A DNA stretch of 64,000 nt, from NCBI RefSeq assembly GCF_016433145.1, contig NC_058135.1, forward strand, positions 276,750,211-276,814,210, written 5' to 3'. The stretch comes from Gracilinanus agilis (lineage: Eukaryota). This document shows positions 25,401 through 39,179 of the stretch, piece after piece (within the stretch, counting starts at the first letter, position 1; every line of letters starts with the position of its first letter). The notes below the pieces were generated by a model, which made no database searches, was not told the DNA's origin, and was given only the letters and a program-made list of their open reading frames with translations. Made by a program: the position numbers and the translations under genes.

Positions 25401-27300
25401 CCATTCACCCTCCTCTTTCCCACCGCCCATATCATCTTAGACCATTCAGCACTCCACCCTCTCCCCATAAATCATTCACTTAGTAGTGAATGGAGTTCCC
25501 TACAGAGAATTATACATAGCATTTCTCCACATAGGAATACAGAAAATTAGATCTTACTGAGGCCCTTAAAAAGGCAAATCTAAAAAATTATGAGTTTTCT
25601 TTCTTTCCCCTCTGTTTCTTATTTACCTTTTCATGTTTCTCTTGATTTTTGTGGTTGGATATCAAACTTTCCATTTAGCCCTGGTCTTTTCTGTGCAAAT
25701 ACCTGGAAATCTTCAATTTTGTTGAATGCCCATACTTTCTCTTGGAAGTATATAGTCAATTTTGAAGGGTAGTTGATCCGTAGTTGCAGGCCCAGCTCTC
25801 TTGCCTTTCTGAATATCATATTCCAAGCTTTGCGGTTTTTTAGCGTGGAGGCTGCCAGATTCTGTGTGATCCTGATTGGTGCTCCTTGATATTTGTCTCT
25901 TTCTGGCTTCTTGTGAGATTTTTTTCTTTTACTTTGAAGCTCTTGAATTTGGCAATTATATTCCTGGGCGTTTTCATCTGGATCAAACGTCGCGGGTGAT
26001 CTATGGATCCTTTCAATGTTTATGTTGCCCTCTTATTGTAGAACTTCAGGGCAATTTTGCTGAATAATTTCTTTTAGTATGGAGTCCAAATTTCTATTAA
26101 TTTCTCCCTTTTCAAGGAGACCAATGATTCTCAAATTGTCTCTTCTAGACCAGTTTTCTTGGTCTGTCACTTTCACATTGAGATATTTCATGTTTCCTTC
26201 TATTTTTTCAGTCTTTTGGCTTTGTTTTATTTGTTCTTGTTGTCTTGAGAGATCATTAGCTTCTAATTGTTCAATTCTAGCCTTTAAGGAGTGGTTTTCC
26301 TTTTCAATCTGGTCATTTCTGGTCTTCAGTTGACTTGCCTCACTTTCTAATTGTGAAATTCTGCCTTTTAAACTGTTATTTTCTTGCCTGATTTCCTTTT
26401 GAACTACTTCCCATTTCTCTGACCAAATCTTTTCCAACTTTCACATCATCTCAGTTTAGAACATTTCAAGAGCTTGTGACCAGTTTTGATTATCTTGGGG
26501 TGGTTTGGATATGATTGCTTGTTTTTCTCCTCTTCTGATTGCTTGGTAGTCTGGATTTTCTCTGTGTAAAAGTTGTCCAGTGTTAAAGATGTCTTCTTCT
26601 TGTTGTTAATCTTTCTCTCTTTCTTCTGGACTTCCGGGATCTGGGTAGCCATCTTTAGCCCAGCAGCTTCTCAGCTTTATCCTCGCACTCAGGGTCTGTC
26701 TGCGGTCTTTTGGTTCCTGAGGTCTGAGGTCTGGTTTTTTCCAAGGTCAAGCCCCCTGGTGGACCCTCTTGCTTGATCCTCTGCCAGAGGCTCCTTTACA
26801 AGTCTCAGGGCACTGCTTCCACAGTCGTATACCCATCTGCACTGGTTCCCCACTCAGGGTTTCAGAGCCTTTGCTCCCATCTGTGTCCACCTCCGTCCGA
26901 GTTTCCACCCGTGCCTGGGCTCAGAGTCTGTGTGTGTTCCTCAGCTTTTTGGGGTCCTAAATCTTGCTGCTCTCAGTAACAGGCCCTGGAGCTGCCAATG
27001 ACTCGATGGGTGCCCCAAACTTGCTCTATTTCTTTTGACCTGGCTTAGGCGCTGCAGGTGGTGTGTGTGGGGAGGGGGAGGGGAGGGTGGTTGCTCAGCC
27101 TGCGATTTAGTGAGTGCTGTTTTACCCCTTTATAGCATGGAAATGTCCCGATTCCACATACCTTCCACACTGCACCCCGTTGTGGGGTCCCTCTGTTTGA
27201 CTGGGTTTGTTTTTATGCCCCCTTGAGAAGTCCTATATGTTTCGGTCAGGAGAGGTTAAGCACTGCTTTTTACTCTGCCGCCATCTTAACACGGAACTCC
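22407..27300 (-). mobile_element. LINE-1 (L1_MD-like) with intact termini, decayed ORF1/ORF2 and an internal deletion of RT
   Basis: 5' end GGAGTTCCGTGTTAAGATGGCGGCAG at 27300; ORF1 coiled-coil and RRDNLRIIG fragments (25631-26652); EN domain NVNGMNSHIKRK...LQETH (24559-24939); C-terminal ORF2 ([14 protein letters not shown]); G-rich 3'UTR and A/T tail; 15-bp TSD ctgaacttcacttca at 22392-22406 and 27301-27315. Confidence 0.95.
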
Positions 27301-27315
27301 CTGAACTTCACTTCA

Positions 27316-27690
27316 GACTAGTGCCAGGGCTTGGGTCTTGAAGGGATGGGTCTGGTTTTTGGGATGCTCTGTTGTTGGTGTAGGCACAGTCCTGGTCCCA
27401 AGATGGGCCTATGCCTATGTCCAGGCTCAGAACCTGCTGCAGTAGGTGGAAGAAGAGTGGTTGGCTAACACTCCTCTGTGTACAGTTTTGCTTCTGGTTC
27501 CCCTTTAACCTTTGAAAATTGACTCTGTCTACTTTTCAAGTTGTATTCAGTAGGAGAATTCTCTCATTCTGTCTTGGTGTTAATTGTTGACTCCTGATAT
27601 TTTAATGCACTTTTAAAAGATTCCTTTGGTAGGATCCTCAATGTGGTTTCAGTTTTCACTGCTACTAAACTGCCATTTTGACTCCACCCC
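27316..27690 (-). mobile_element. Older L1 5'UTR remnant, interrupted by the younger L1
   Basis: Ends ctgccattttgactccacccc, the reverse complement of an L1-type 5' start GGGGTGGAGTCAAAATGGCAG. Confidence 0.6.
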
Positions 27691-27719
27691 ATCTCCTTAC
27701 TTTTCAACCACTTAATTTC

Positions 27720-29012
27720 TGTATTGGGATCAATATTCTATATTGGTTCTTTTAAGGGAGAAACCAGGGAAAGTGCCTTAAACAGTAAATATGGGTCCAG
27801 GTGGGTGTGTGGGAGACAGGAATGACAGGAAGGGGCCAAACAAGTAGGGAGACTGGGTTATAATGGCTGTTTGAATGTCTGTAACAGAAATGGCTGTTGG
27901 CCTCCAACTGCCACCCAGCATCAACAAGACAGAGCCTATGGAAGCTGATAAGTAAAGGCNNNNNNNNNNNNNNNNNNNNNNNNNNNNNNNNNNNNNNNNN
28001 NNNNNNNNNNNNNNNNNNNNNNNNNNNNNNNNNNNNNNNNNNNNNNNNNNNNNNNNNNNNNNNNNNNNNNNNNNNNNNNNNNNNNNNNNNNNNNNNNNNN
28101 NNNNNNNNNNNNNNNNNNNNNNNNNNNNNNNNNNNNNNNNNNNNNNNNNNNNNNNNNNNNNNNNNNNNNNNNNNNNNNNNNNNNNNNNNNNNNNNNNNNN
28201 NNNNNNNNNNNNNNNNNNNNNNNNNNNNNNNNNNNNNNNNNNNNNNNNNNNNNNNNNNNNNNNNNNNNNNNNNNNNNNNNNNNNNNNNNNNNNNNNNNNN
28301 NNNNNNNNNNNNNNNNNNNNNNNGTCTGTAACAGAAATGGCTGTTGGCCTCCAACTGCCACCCAGCATCAACAAGACAGAGCCTATGGAAGCTGATAAGT
28401 AAAGGCAAGAGTTTAACAACACATTTTAATCAGGGACAAATTAAGGTAAAGAATGGGAATAGAGTTTTTCTACACTAACAGACTACAGGCAAACCACAGG
28501 GTCAAGGGAAAGGGAATTAACTACACTCTTCTAAGATCTAAGCAAGACAGGGCCCAAAGAAAGCAGTACTGGAGTCACAAGGGGAAAGTTCCTCCCAACC
28601 TGGTTCCAGCCAGGTTTGGTCAGCTTAGCTAAGGACCTGAGGATGGCTTTACTTGGGATCTCATGGCTAATCCAGGGATGGTTTCAGGATGCCAGGAGTC
28701 AACTCCTCCAGAACAGGTGATCCAAGGTAGGGAGAGAAAGTTTGCAATGCTGTCCACCAAATCACAAAACACTCCCTACTCGGTGCTACTCTGCAGGTCT
28801 AATGTCCTCTGCTGTAAGCCTTCACCACTCTCCAGGATCCCAGAGAATCTGGATACAACTCCCCTAGCTCTGAGATCTCCCAGGGTCAGCCATAGTTTTT
28901 GTCCCAACACCCATGGTGTCTCTCTCCAGCAAAAGCCACTTCCTCCTTCCCCTGCATTCCATTCAGAATGTCCATGACCTTCAGCTAAGGCTTTCCCTAG
29001 TCTGCTTATACA
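27720..29012. mobile_element. LTR-like element spanning the assembly gap
   Basis: TG...CA-bounded GC-richer island; ends approximate. Confidence 0.55.
27960..28323. other. Assembly gap (364 N) with 83-bp identical flanks
   Basis: 27877-27959 is identical to 28324-28406. Confidence 0.97.
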
Positions 29013-29199
29013 CCTACTTTTAAACTTATGCCTATTAGAGTTCCAAAGCAGAAGAGTGATAAGAGCTATTCAGTGGGGGTTTAAGTGATTTTCCATGGTT
29101 ATCCAAGAAGCATCTGTGGTGAGAATGGAAGCCATGACCTCCAATATCTACCTCTCAATCCCCTGAGTCACTTAGCTACTACTTCTGCTTTCCTTCTAA

Positions 29200-30150
29200 T
29201 CTTAGTTGCATTTTTTTGTTTGTACAAAATATTTTTAATTTAATATAAAAAAAACTATCAATATTATGTTTTATAATTCTCTTCATCTCTCCTTGGTCCT
29301 TCATCCATATATATCACAGATAAACTATTCCATGCCACCCTACTTTGTTTTTGGTATTATCCATTATGTTTAGATAATTTACCAGTTGATCTTTTCTTGC
29401 TATAAAATGAAAGATGTTGAACTATTCCCAATCTCAGCCATACCATTTTTCCATTTCCCCAACAATGCTTTTTTTTTTTTTATCAAATAGTGAGTGTTTG
29501 TTCCAAGAGCTTGAATCCTTTGATTTATCAAATCCTATATTACTAAGTTTTGTATCCCTAACTATTCTACTGATACACTATTCTATTCCTGAGCCAAAAA
29601 CAAATTGTTTTGGTGATTACTGCTTTGTAATATAGTTTGAAATCTGGTTCTCCTGAGATGTCTTTCTTTACTTTTTTTTCATTTATTCCCTTGATATTCT
29701 TGAGATTTTGTTCATCCAGACAAATTTTGTTATTATTTTTTTCTAGTTCTGTATAATTTAGGGGATGTATGCTTGGTATGGCACTGATTTAGTGGATGTG
29801 TATAGGTAAAATTTTAATATTTCTTCAGCATACCCACAAGTAATTCATATTTTTCTACTTGCTTGGATCTCAATTTGTTTCAAAAGTATTTTGTAACTAA
29901 GTTCGTACTATCACTGCCTTTCATTTGGCAGGTATATTTCTAAGTATTTAATTTGTATGGAAATTCTTTTTCTATCTTTTACTGCTGGACTCTATTGATA
30001 ATATCTAAAAATGCCTATGAATTGTATGGGTTTATTTTATATGCTACATCTTTTCTAAAGTTGTTAGTAATGTAATTTTTTTTGTTGATTCTCTAAGATT
30101 CCCTAAGTATACCATCATATCATTTGTGGAAAGTGGTGTAATATTGTATT
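29200..30150 (-). mobile_element. Old L1 ORF2 fragment
   Basis: Degenerate match to ORF2 sequence of the L1 at 23550-24240, e.g. ttgtttgtacaaaa and ccttgatattcttga. Confidence 0.7.
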
Positions 30151-32508
30151 TTATCAAACTCTTTTTTGAAAAAAAAAAAACATGGACCTTCTGGGAAGTT
30201 GTCCTGCTGCAGTTGGTGGAGGTGGGGATAATAAGGGTTAGCAGTAAGAAATGGTGCTTTAAAATCTTAGAAATTATTTTAAACCTTTGTGTGTGTGTGT
30301 GCTTTTAGATCTTATGCTTTGTTACATGATGAGTAAAATTGCCATATCCCATGTATAAATGCTCCCATTGGAAATTTGACAACAATTTCTACAGAGGATG
30401 TTTTAGTTGAACTCATTGTCCTACTGCTTCTGATTTGATATTCTATGATTATAGGAACTATAAGGTAACATATAAAATGGTTATCAAGAATTAATCTGTC
30501 TTCTTTGGTAGAGCGTGCTAGAAACAGTTTTAACCCCTTGTAGGAATTGATTATTAAATTTTCATTGTGAGTTTTTACACCTCAGTAATTGAAAATATTA
30601 GTTTATTGTTTTGTTGATTGTCTAGACTTAAGAAATATTAATAATGCAGATGAAACTTAAAAATGACTGCATACTTTTTTCAAGGAAAAAATATATATGC
30701 ATATATATGTATTTACTAGCATTTTTATTTATGATTGATTGAGCTCACTGGAGGCATGGGTACTATTCACTATTAAAAATAAGAACTCTCATTTATATAG
30801 CGTTTTAAAGTTTGCAGAGTGCTTTGGTGTGTTATCACATTTAAACATGACAACAAAGTCTGATTCTTATTCACAAAATCAGAGAATCTGGAGTTGAAGA
30901 TGATAAAAAGAAGGAAAACAAATTAACCAACACCCGGAAATAATATATAATATTCAAAAAGTTCATTTAGAAGTACATAAGTTATTTGTAACCTGTAGTT
31001 AAAATTTCATTTAGATATTTAGGAAGAAAAATAATTTTAAAAGTTTCCTTTGATCAAAATTCAGGTATTTCACGTCTTAATGCCATTTTTAAGTCAGATT
31101 TTAGTGCTATAAGTAAAGTTGTCAGATTAGAAAAAAGAATACTTGGAAAACTGTGAATGCTTAAGTGTCCTGAACCTGAGTTGAATTCCAGAAAGATTCT
31201 TGGTCTAATATACTAAAAATAATTTTTAAAAATCTTGCTTAAACCTGACAAGAAAATTAGCAATAACATAAGAAATAATAGCAGATAAAAAAATAAGAAT
31301 TTATTATATTTTGATATTAATATTTCTTAAAAATTTGATGTAATCTGGCATAGTTTTAATATAAATATTATTAATAATTCAAATTACACATATAATTGTT
31401 TTAAAAATTGAAAGAGAGATTCTTGTGTAATACAAGTGTTAAGAAAGGACTTAAGAAATCTAAATTTTTCTTGAAATTCTACTACTTACTGGAGATTTTT
31501 TTAAGACTTAACCTATAGTCCTCAATTTCCTTTTCTGTAAAAGAGTAATGTAAGATTGAGTGAAGTTTATAGTCTTTTACAGATTCAAAAATCTATGATT
31601 ATAGCTGAATATATCATTAAAAATAATTGAATGGATCAATGTTATTTAATTTTCCAGACAACTATACCTATCATAAGACCAGCTATTAAGATTAGAATCA
31701 TAACCAAGCATCATTACTCACATGGTATTAGTACAGTGTAGTTACCAGTGAAATACATAGGTGGCAACTGAAAGTAGCTTTGGGATTTCAACTCTATTAG
31801 GATATAACTCTATACAATGATGCAACACAATTGACTAAATTTTAAAAGAAGCACAAAAATTTAGTGGCATAAACTTCTTAAAAAGAAGAATTGGTCAATT
31901 GGAAAAAAGAGTTCCATAAACTCACCCAAAAAAATTTATTAAATTATATAATACAACACTATACAATTTCAATACAATGCAGTTGTTACTTAATCCAACT
32001 TATATATGAAAGGGAATCCTTACTAAGCAATTTTCACAATATAATCAATATTTTGGCATATTCAGCTTCTCTTGAAAACCTTCAATGCAGAGGAACTCAC
32101 CACTTACTGAAAGCAGACTATTTCAATTTTGAATATGTTAGAAAATTGTTGTTAATTCAAAAGTAAATTCTCATTAAATATCAATGATTAAAAAATAAGG
32201 AATCACATAATCATCCTTTAGATAAGTAACTTCAATTATGACTTTAGAAAAAGTTAGATTTTAGAGTTAGACCCAGTTAATAGATTGTGTATAAGATAGT
32301 AGTTATAATAATATAACGTTAACCATTATAGTAAAAAGATAGCTATAGTGAGAGGTATTTGAATATTCTGAAATATTTGAATATTGCTAACAATAACATT
32401 AAGAGCTTCTGTAACAAATTTGGAATGTTAAGTGCACAGCTTGACTTAATCCTGATTCCTGATAAATATAATAGAAAGAATCATTGAGTCAGTAGTAGAA
32501 ATCAGAAA

Positions 32509-33004
32509 TGTATTACAAAGACATGATGGTATTGCTTTTATTAAGACATGGGAGGCCAATAAGAGAAACAAGTCTCAAATAGATAAAAATCTGAGACTCC
32601 TCTTTTGACCCCTTTTATGATCCATACCTTTTCTTATTGAAAAAACATTATAGCCTTATTAAAAAGCTTTAAGTTCCTAGCAAACCAGCTGTTACAGAGT
32701 TAACAATTTCTCTCCTTGATAATTAAGAAGCCTGAACTCTAAAAAATATTACTTAGTCAAGGTCAAAACAGGACAAATCTAGACAAGACTTTATCTGACC
32801 AGATGCAATCCTGTAAATCAAGAGTATAGGACTCAATTTATTTAGGATATCTATGAAATGTAGTTACTTCCCTCCTCTCCCCCAAATTAACCTCCTGCTA
32901 ATTGGGGGCTGGAATTTGGCCTTTGACCCTGAACCTATCTTTCTACTTTTAAGCCTCTAATGGGTTTTTATATAATTTATAACACCTACACAGTTGTAAA
33001 GTTT

Positions 33005-33073
<69 letters not shown>

Positions 33074-33222
33074 TGGGTTTGGTATACATTATATAAATAA
33101 AATCCTGAAGTCATAAAAGAGAGACACAGCAGCACAATGAGCTGACAGAAAGACATGTCCACTTTCTTATCAACTAAGCCATCATTATCAAATTATCTGC
33201 AGATGATAAAAGGATCTCGAGA
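32509..33222 (+). mobile_element. Solo LTR, same family as 49423-50134
   Basis: Shares ctcaaatagataaaaatctgagactcct and cttatcaactaagc with 49423-50134; contains a TC/TG microsatellite. Confidence 0.65.
33005..33070. repeat. Compound (TC)n(TG)n microsatellite
   Basis: Directly visible. Confidence 0.95.
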
Positions 33223-34192
33223 TGAAGGATTTATATTCACTATAGATTCCTCAGAGTTAATGGCTCAGCCAGGCTTTGGTTTATTTTTAAGAGTGAGTTA
33301 AGTCTGATTATGTCATTCTATTATTTCTAGTAACAATTAGAGATGACTGAAAATTACATCCTGATCGATTTGTTCAGATATTTTTGTTATTATTAATTTC
33401 AAAACTACAGTAATGAATGATGCTTGTGATATACCATAAACCATACATTCTAGATACTGAAATATTTAACAGAGACCCTAGTCTTTGTAAATCCTTCTGA
33501 TGTTCAAACAAGAAGTCATATTTGGAGCTAAATCATCAGAAGGACGAGGGCAAATGGGGGCTAACTGTCTTAAAACAATATTTGGAATTTATTAACTTTC
33601 TTAGCAAATGCTTCCTAAACTTTAGTAACATATTGGGTACATCTACTTTTATTAACCACTTATGTTAACTGACTGCCAAAAGCCTGTAAAACATACTTTT
33701 GTACTTCTAGATGAGGTCTTTCTTCATTGACTGACTATGATGAGACTGACTACTGACTATATTTACTCACACATAAAGTCTGTTCAAGCTCATAATGGTG
33801 GTCCAGCTTTTTCCCTGTTTGCAAACATTGTTCTTATTTTCACTGATGTCAAGCCTAAACTTACTTTCCTGTAAATTCTGCCTAGCAGACCTGATTCTCC
33901 CTTAGTTTTCTTTTCTCTCTATTAAGCATTCTCAGTTCTTTAAATTCCTCATAAAATGATATGGACTCAAGATCTTTACTACAAACTAATACCCCCTTTC
34001 TGAATGCTCCAAAGTTTAATGATGACCTTAAATTATGGTACTTGAAATTGAACACACATATACATGTGTACATACCTACTAGATTATGCGATCATTTATT
34101 TTACATATAATGTATTAATTCTTATAGCAGGGCCCTGGCATAGAAATGTTCCAAATACTGTATATTAGACAGAATTACCATATTTTCTGTGT

Positions 34193-34551
34193 TGTGTGAC
34201 AGAAATTTGCCCCCCACCTCCCTTCTGGAGTCATGCAGGTGACCTCAATCTGGCCATCATCTAAGTAGACCTGCCTACATAAACATGAACTTGAACTTGA
34301 CCTGGAGGTGAAAAGCAGGAGAAAGAGGAGCCAGGAGTAAAAAGGGATTAAGCAGGAAGTTTTCATTGCCTCTGTCTCTGACATTCTGCCAAGGAACTTC
34401 CCAGCTGGGATCTGCTGGGGAAGCCACATGGGTAGCTAGATTAGGCCTCCTTTCTCTATCTTTCTATCTCTTTCTCTTCTTCTACCTATACAAGTAATTA
34501 TAAGAAACTTTATTAAAACCTAAGGACCAGAGATCTAATTTAATTAAAACA
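34193..34551 (+). mobile_element. Short solo LTR (ERV1-type)
   Basis: TG...CA ends with a 4-bp TSD gtgt/gtat; ATTAAA near the 3' end. Confidence 0.65.
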
Positions 34552-36438
34552 GTATCTCGGTCCTGGGTTAGAGAGTCTATCCAGTCTGTTTAATTTTTGC
34601 ATTTTATTTGTCCTCAGAAATTTCAAAGAAAGCCTTCCATCCTAACTAATTCAGTTAATAAATGAAGGAGACAGAGTTTTCTTTTTTGTGTACATGTTCC
34701 TCATGACACAGGAATGGGGGGTATGGATAGTTGCATGAACCATGTCTTAATTAGCTATTAACCAAGTAGAAAAGTCTTAGGGTGTTCAAAGGAGGAGCTG
34801 AATAATGAGCTCCTAAAACTTTATTTATTGATCTGTGTGAGTTAGCTTCAGGGTCTCTAGTTACCAAGAGGGCCACTGGCCTTTGGTTATAATTCTGGTC
34901 TAATCGATAAACTGATATATTCATAAACTTATATTCTACTCTAAAAGCAGTCCCTCAAGATTTTAATAAGAATTGGTAAAAATTCATGTATGCATGCCAA
35001 TCTATTGATTTATCTATATATTTATATCTATATCTACCTATAATTTGAGTACATATGTATATGCCTAGATATACATATATACTATATATACGTATACATA
35101 TACATATATAATATATATTTTTGCACCTAATGTGTATGTGGATGGTAATTGCAGAAGGAAAGAGTTAACATTTGGGTTAGAGAAATGTCATCTCAAGAAA
35201 AAAGTATTTATACCAAAGTCTTCCCTAGCTTTCTTGATAAAAAATATTCCCCTGGACAATAAAGTTGATACTATGACTGGTTATATAAAACTCGAAATCA
35301 CTACAAAAATAATGTAGATGTAAATTTATCCTCAAAAGACACATGATTTCCAAGATTTGCTTGAAACCTCATCTTGAAGCTGAATTGGTTATTATGGACA
35401 GCTGATTTCACGGAAATGTCTTTTAAAGCAGAAAGTATTTAATGTTTTTAGTATTTTCACCAATGTAAAAAAATGGCTACATAATATATGATATTTTACC
35501 TGTTGTGTGGAATTAATATACTTCAAAAGCACTTTTATATTCATTTTCTCATTTTTCTCTTAAAAATAAAAACATGAGTTTAGTAGAACAATTACTATTT
35601 TTCTCCTCTATTCACAGAGAGAACTAGGAATAACTTTTCGATGAAGTGTGAGCTAGTTAATGCCAAAGATATGATCATTTTCATAGTAAATACTTGCTCA
35701 GTAAAAATGAGTCATTCTTTGATGGAGGAATTCTGAATATTGTTCTTTCTGTCTACTGTTCCATCATTACTGCTTTATTGGGTCACTGAAGTAACCTAAG
35801 TTCTTAAATATATATATCAGGTAGATTTATGCTCTTAAAAGTACTCCTGTGTTAAAATGGGATCAAAAATTAATTGTATGACCCCACTTAGCATGATCTC
35901 TACCTGAAAACTGGCCTAGCTAAGTTCTATCAAGTGAATCGTGATCATCAATCTATTGTATAACCAGAAGGGACTCTAAGTGCCATTTCTTTTAACCTCT
36001 ACAGGTAAGGAATCAGAACTCCATGGAATATGAGGGAAATGTGCAAATAAGGCAAATGAAAACAATGAGAGGTGGGATTGCAGTGCAGTCTTCTGAAACA
36101 GGAGTCTATTCTTTGGACTGTATTCCCAGGTATATTAAATAGTTATAACTTTTATTTAGTCATAGACCTTTTCCAGATTACCTGTTAAATTAAAAATGAA
36201 GCAATATTCATAATATCATGGCTTCTTGTGTCACTGAAATGACAGACAACAAAGGTAGCATTTTGGTGCCTCAGTGACACTTTTGAGATATCACAACCCC
36301 CTGCAGAGTTCAGGGTTACTCTTTATCAAGACAAAGTCTTAAAATGATAGACTCAAATGTATGAGTGACAGAACTCGGTTTTCTAAAGGTAATCATGAAA
36401 AGGAAACTGTCCTCTCAATTGCCTTTCAAACATTGTCT

Positions 36439-37396
36439 TCACTTTTGGGACTGAAGCATTTTTAGTATTTCAGATCCTTTACCTCGAGCCTTCTTCAGGG
36501 CTTCTTTTACTTCTTTGTTCCTTAAGCTGTAAATTAGAGGGTTCAACATGGGAATCACCACTGTGTAAAATACGGATGCCATATTGTCTGTGTCCAGGGA
36601 GTGGTTCGATTTGGACTGCAGGTACATGAAGATTAATGTACCATAGAAAATTGTAACAGCCACCATATGAGAGCCACAAGTAAAGAAACTTTGAGCCTGC
36701 CTTCTGCAGAACGGATGTGCAAGATGGCAGCAATGATGAAAATATAGGAGATAAGGACAATTGATGAAGAACAAATCATATCGAACCCAGCAAATGCAAA
36801 TATCAACAACTTTTTGTGTGAGTATCTGAGCAGGACAGGGCCAAGAGGGGAATATCATCACAATAAAAATGATTGATGACATTGGGGCCACAGTAAGATA
36901 AGCAGAATGTGATGATGGTATGGAATAAGGCAACTAAAAAACTATATATGTAGGGAACAGCAACTAACTGAATACAGACTTTTTGAGACATAATGAATGA
37001 ATAAAGCAATGGATTACAAATAGCTGCATAACGATCATAAGCCATGGAAGATAGAAGGAAACATTCTGTGATCATAAATGTCAGAAAACATCCTAGTTGG
37101 GTGGCACAGGCATTGAATGAAATGGTATTTTTCTCCAGTACAAAATTTGCCACCATCTTGGGTGTGATTGCTGAGGAATAGCAGAAGTCAACAAAAGCTA
37201 AATGACTAAGGAAGAAGTGCATAGGTGTATGAAGTCGAGAGTCAATCCTGATTAATATAATTAGCCCAAGATTTCCTACCACTGTTACTATGTAGATGGC
37301 TGAGAAAATTTTAAAGAGTTGTGCCTGGAGTTCTGGGCAATCTGTAATCCCTTTCAGAATAAATTGAGTCACTTGAGTGAAGTTGAATTTTGCCAT
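36439..37396 (-). pseudogene. OR8U3-like: Olfactory receptor pseudogene, OR8U3 (OR5R1)-like, two 1-nt deletions
   Basis: The N-terminal frame runs to SCSDTHTK (about 36811). A middle frame reads [40 protein letters not shown] and a third reads [17 protein letters not shown]...[15 protein letters not shown]. -1 shifts at about 36811-36815 and 36688-36689. Confidence 0.88.
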
Positions 37397-38217
37397 TTAT
37401 TCCATGGGCATAATCTCTGGGGGAAGAGGAATGGAAATGCTACATAAATGTTGGGGAAATGATCTGTAGATGAATAAGTACTGTTCCCTGGCCATCCAAC
37501 ATTTATAGGATGAAAGTTTGGTAGTAGTGATCTGGTGGAAAGAGTTCTGGACTTAAGAGTTAAATTTGGATTTATCTTCTGCATCAGCTGTCAATTGACT
37601 GTATCACCACGAACATGTTTTCTTACATGTTTGTGATTAAAATGAGGTGACTGAGTCAACAATATTTTTTGGTTCTGAAATTCTCTAATTCTGTGACAAA
37701 GACTCCAATTAGAAACATTTGAGCAGTTATAGTTCTGAAGATATTTTATACTGAAAACCAGCTTTCATTCCTGGCTGCCTTGGGAAAGGAAGTGGCATGG
37801 CATAAATTATAAAAAAATGGTTTTGAAACCTAGAAAATCCTGCATTTGTCACATACTGCCTGCTTAACCCTGAACAAGTTACTTAAACTCTCACTGTTCC
37901 AGGGAACTATCCAAGATGATAAGTTGCAGAGAAGATAACCTATTTTAGAAGGAGTTTCCTTATCTAGGAAGTTCTCATAGAAATGAAATTATGGTTTCAA
38001 TCTCTTATTTGTGGAAATATTTATGTATCTGGGGTGCTTTTTTAAAATAATGGATGTTAAAGTATTTTTGCCTCCATTGAGTCATTTAAGCATCACTTAT
38101 CACCCATTCGGCACTCAGCACTGACTACATTAAAGGAATTAAGAAAGGTGATCTCTGCTTTGAAGAAATGATATATTTAGAGCACTTGTAAATCTTAAAG
38201 TGCTATAAGAAACAATT

Positions 38218-38241
38218 CATCATCATCATCATCATCATCAT
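38218..38241. repeat. (CAT)n microsatellite
   Basis: Directly visible. Confidence 0.9.
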
Positions 38242-39179
38242 TGCTGAAAAACTAATTATTAACTGGAGGGGAGGGGGAAAGCAAGTATTAAGCACCTACT
38301 ATGTACTATATACTGTGAAAAGTGCTTTAAAATATCTCATTTAATGCTCACAAAATTTTGTCAAGCAGATATTGTTGTCATCTCCACATTAACCCTAAGC
38401 TACCACAGAAAGATGTTCAGTGCAACTGTTAATATTCTATATCATTTTCTTCTTTTTTCTTTTTTTTTGTTTGAGATCTCTTCCACAAAATTACTAATAT
38501 GGAAAAATGTGTTACATAATTGCACAAGTAAAATACATATCAGATTGCTTACCATCTCAGGGAGAGAGTAAAAAAGGGAGAGTAGGAATGAGGAAAAGTA
38601 TTTGAATTCAAAATTTAAAAAAAACCTGAATGTTAAAAAATGTTTTATGTGTACTTGAAGATAAGTAAAATATTGTTATTAAAATAAATTCACTGATTTT
38701 TCATAGTCACACAATGAGCAAATGTCTTGAGCTCAATTTGAACTCAAGAAGTAGTTATATATTGAAAATAGCAGACAGAGAGGTGATGTGCTGCTCTGTA
38801 ACAAAGATATCAAGAGAGCTAGAAGAAGGTCCCTGACATTTTCATGGGGCTTCAAGGGTGTGAAAAATCTGTGAAAGGGTAAGAAAATGATTGTAAAATG
38901 TAATGTAGGAAAAAAATGACAACTCAGGATAGCTAATTAACTGAATATGGCAGGGGAGCTGGGTGAGGGAAAATCAAAAGTCAATGGTGATTCTTAGGTT
39001 GTGAATCTGGTTTACAAAACGGATAATGGTCTGCTGAATAGAAAGAAGAACACCTATGAGAAATATGAGTTTGGTGATCAAGAAAATTATTTCCATTTAA
39101 AGCATATTGAATTTTAGATACTCACAAACTTGTGATGGGGAGAAATGATCCTACAGGATGTGAGTATGTTGCTATTTAA

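Noticed and set aside
27069-27090. G-quadruplex-like tracts in the L1 5'UTR and 3'UTR (22512-22538)
   Set aside because: Ordinary features of L1 UTRs.
27752-28422. Long ORFs containing X runs
   Set aside because: Artefacts of translating the N gap and its duplicated flanks.
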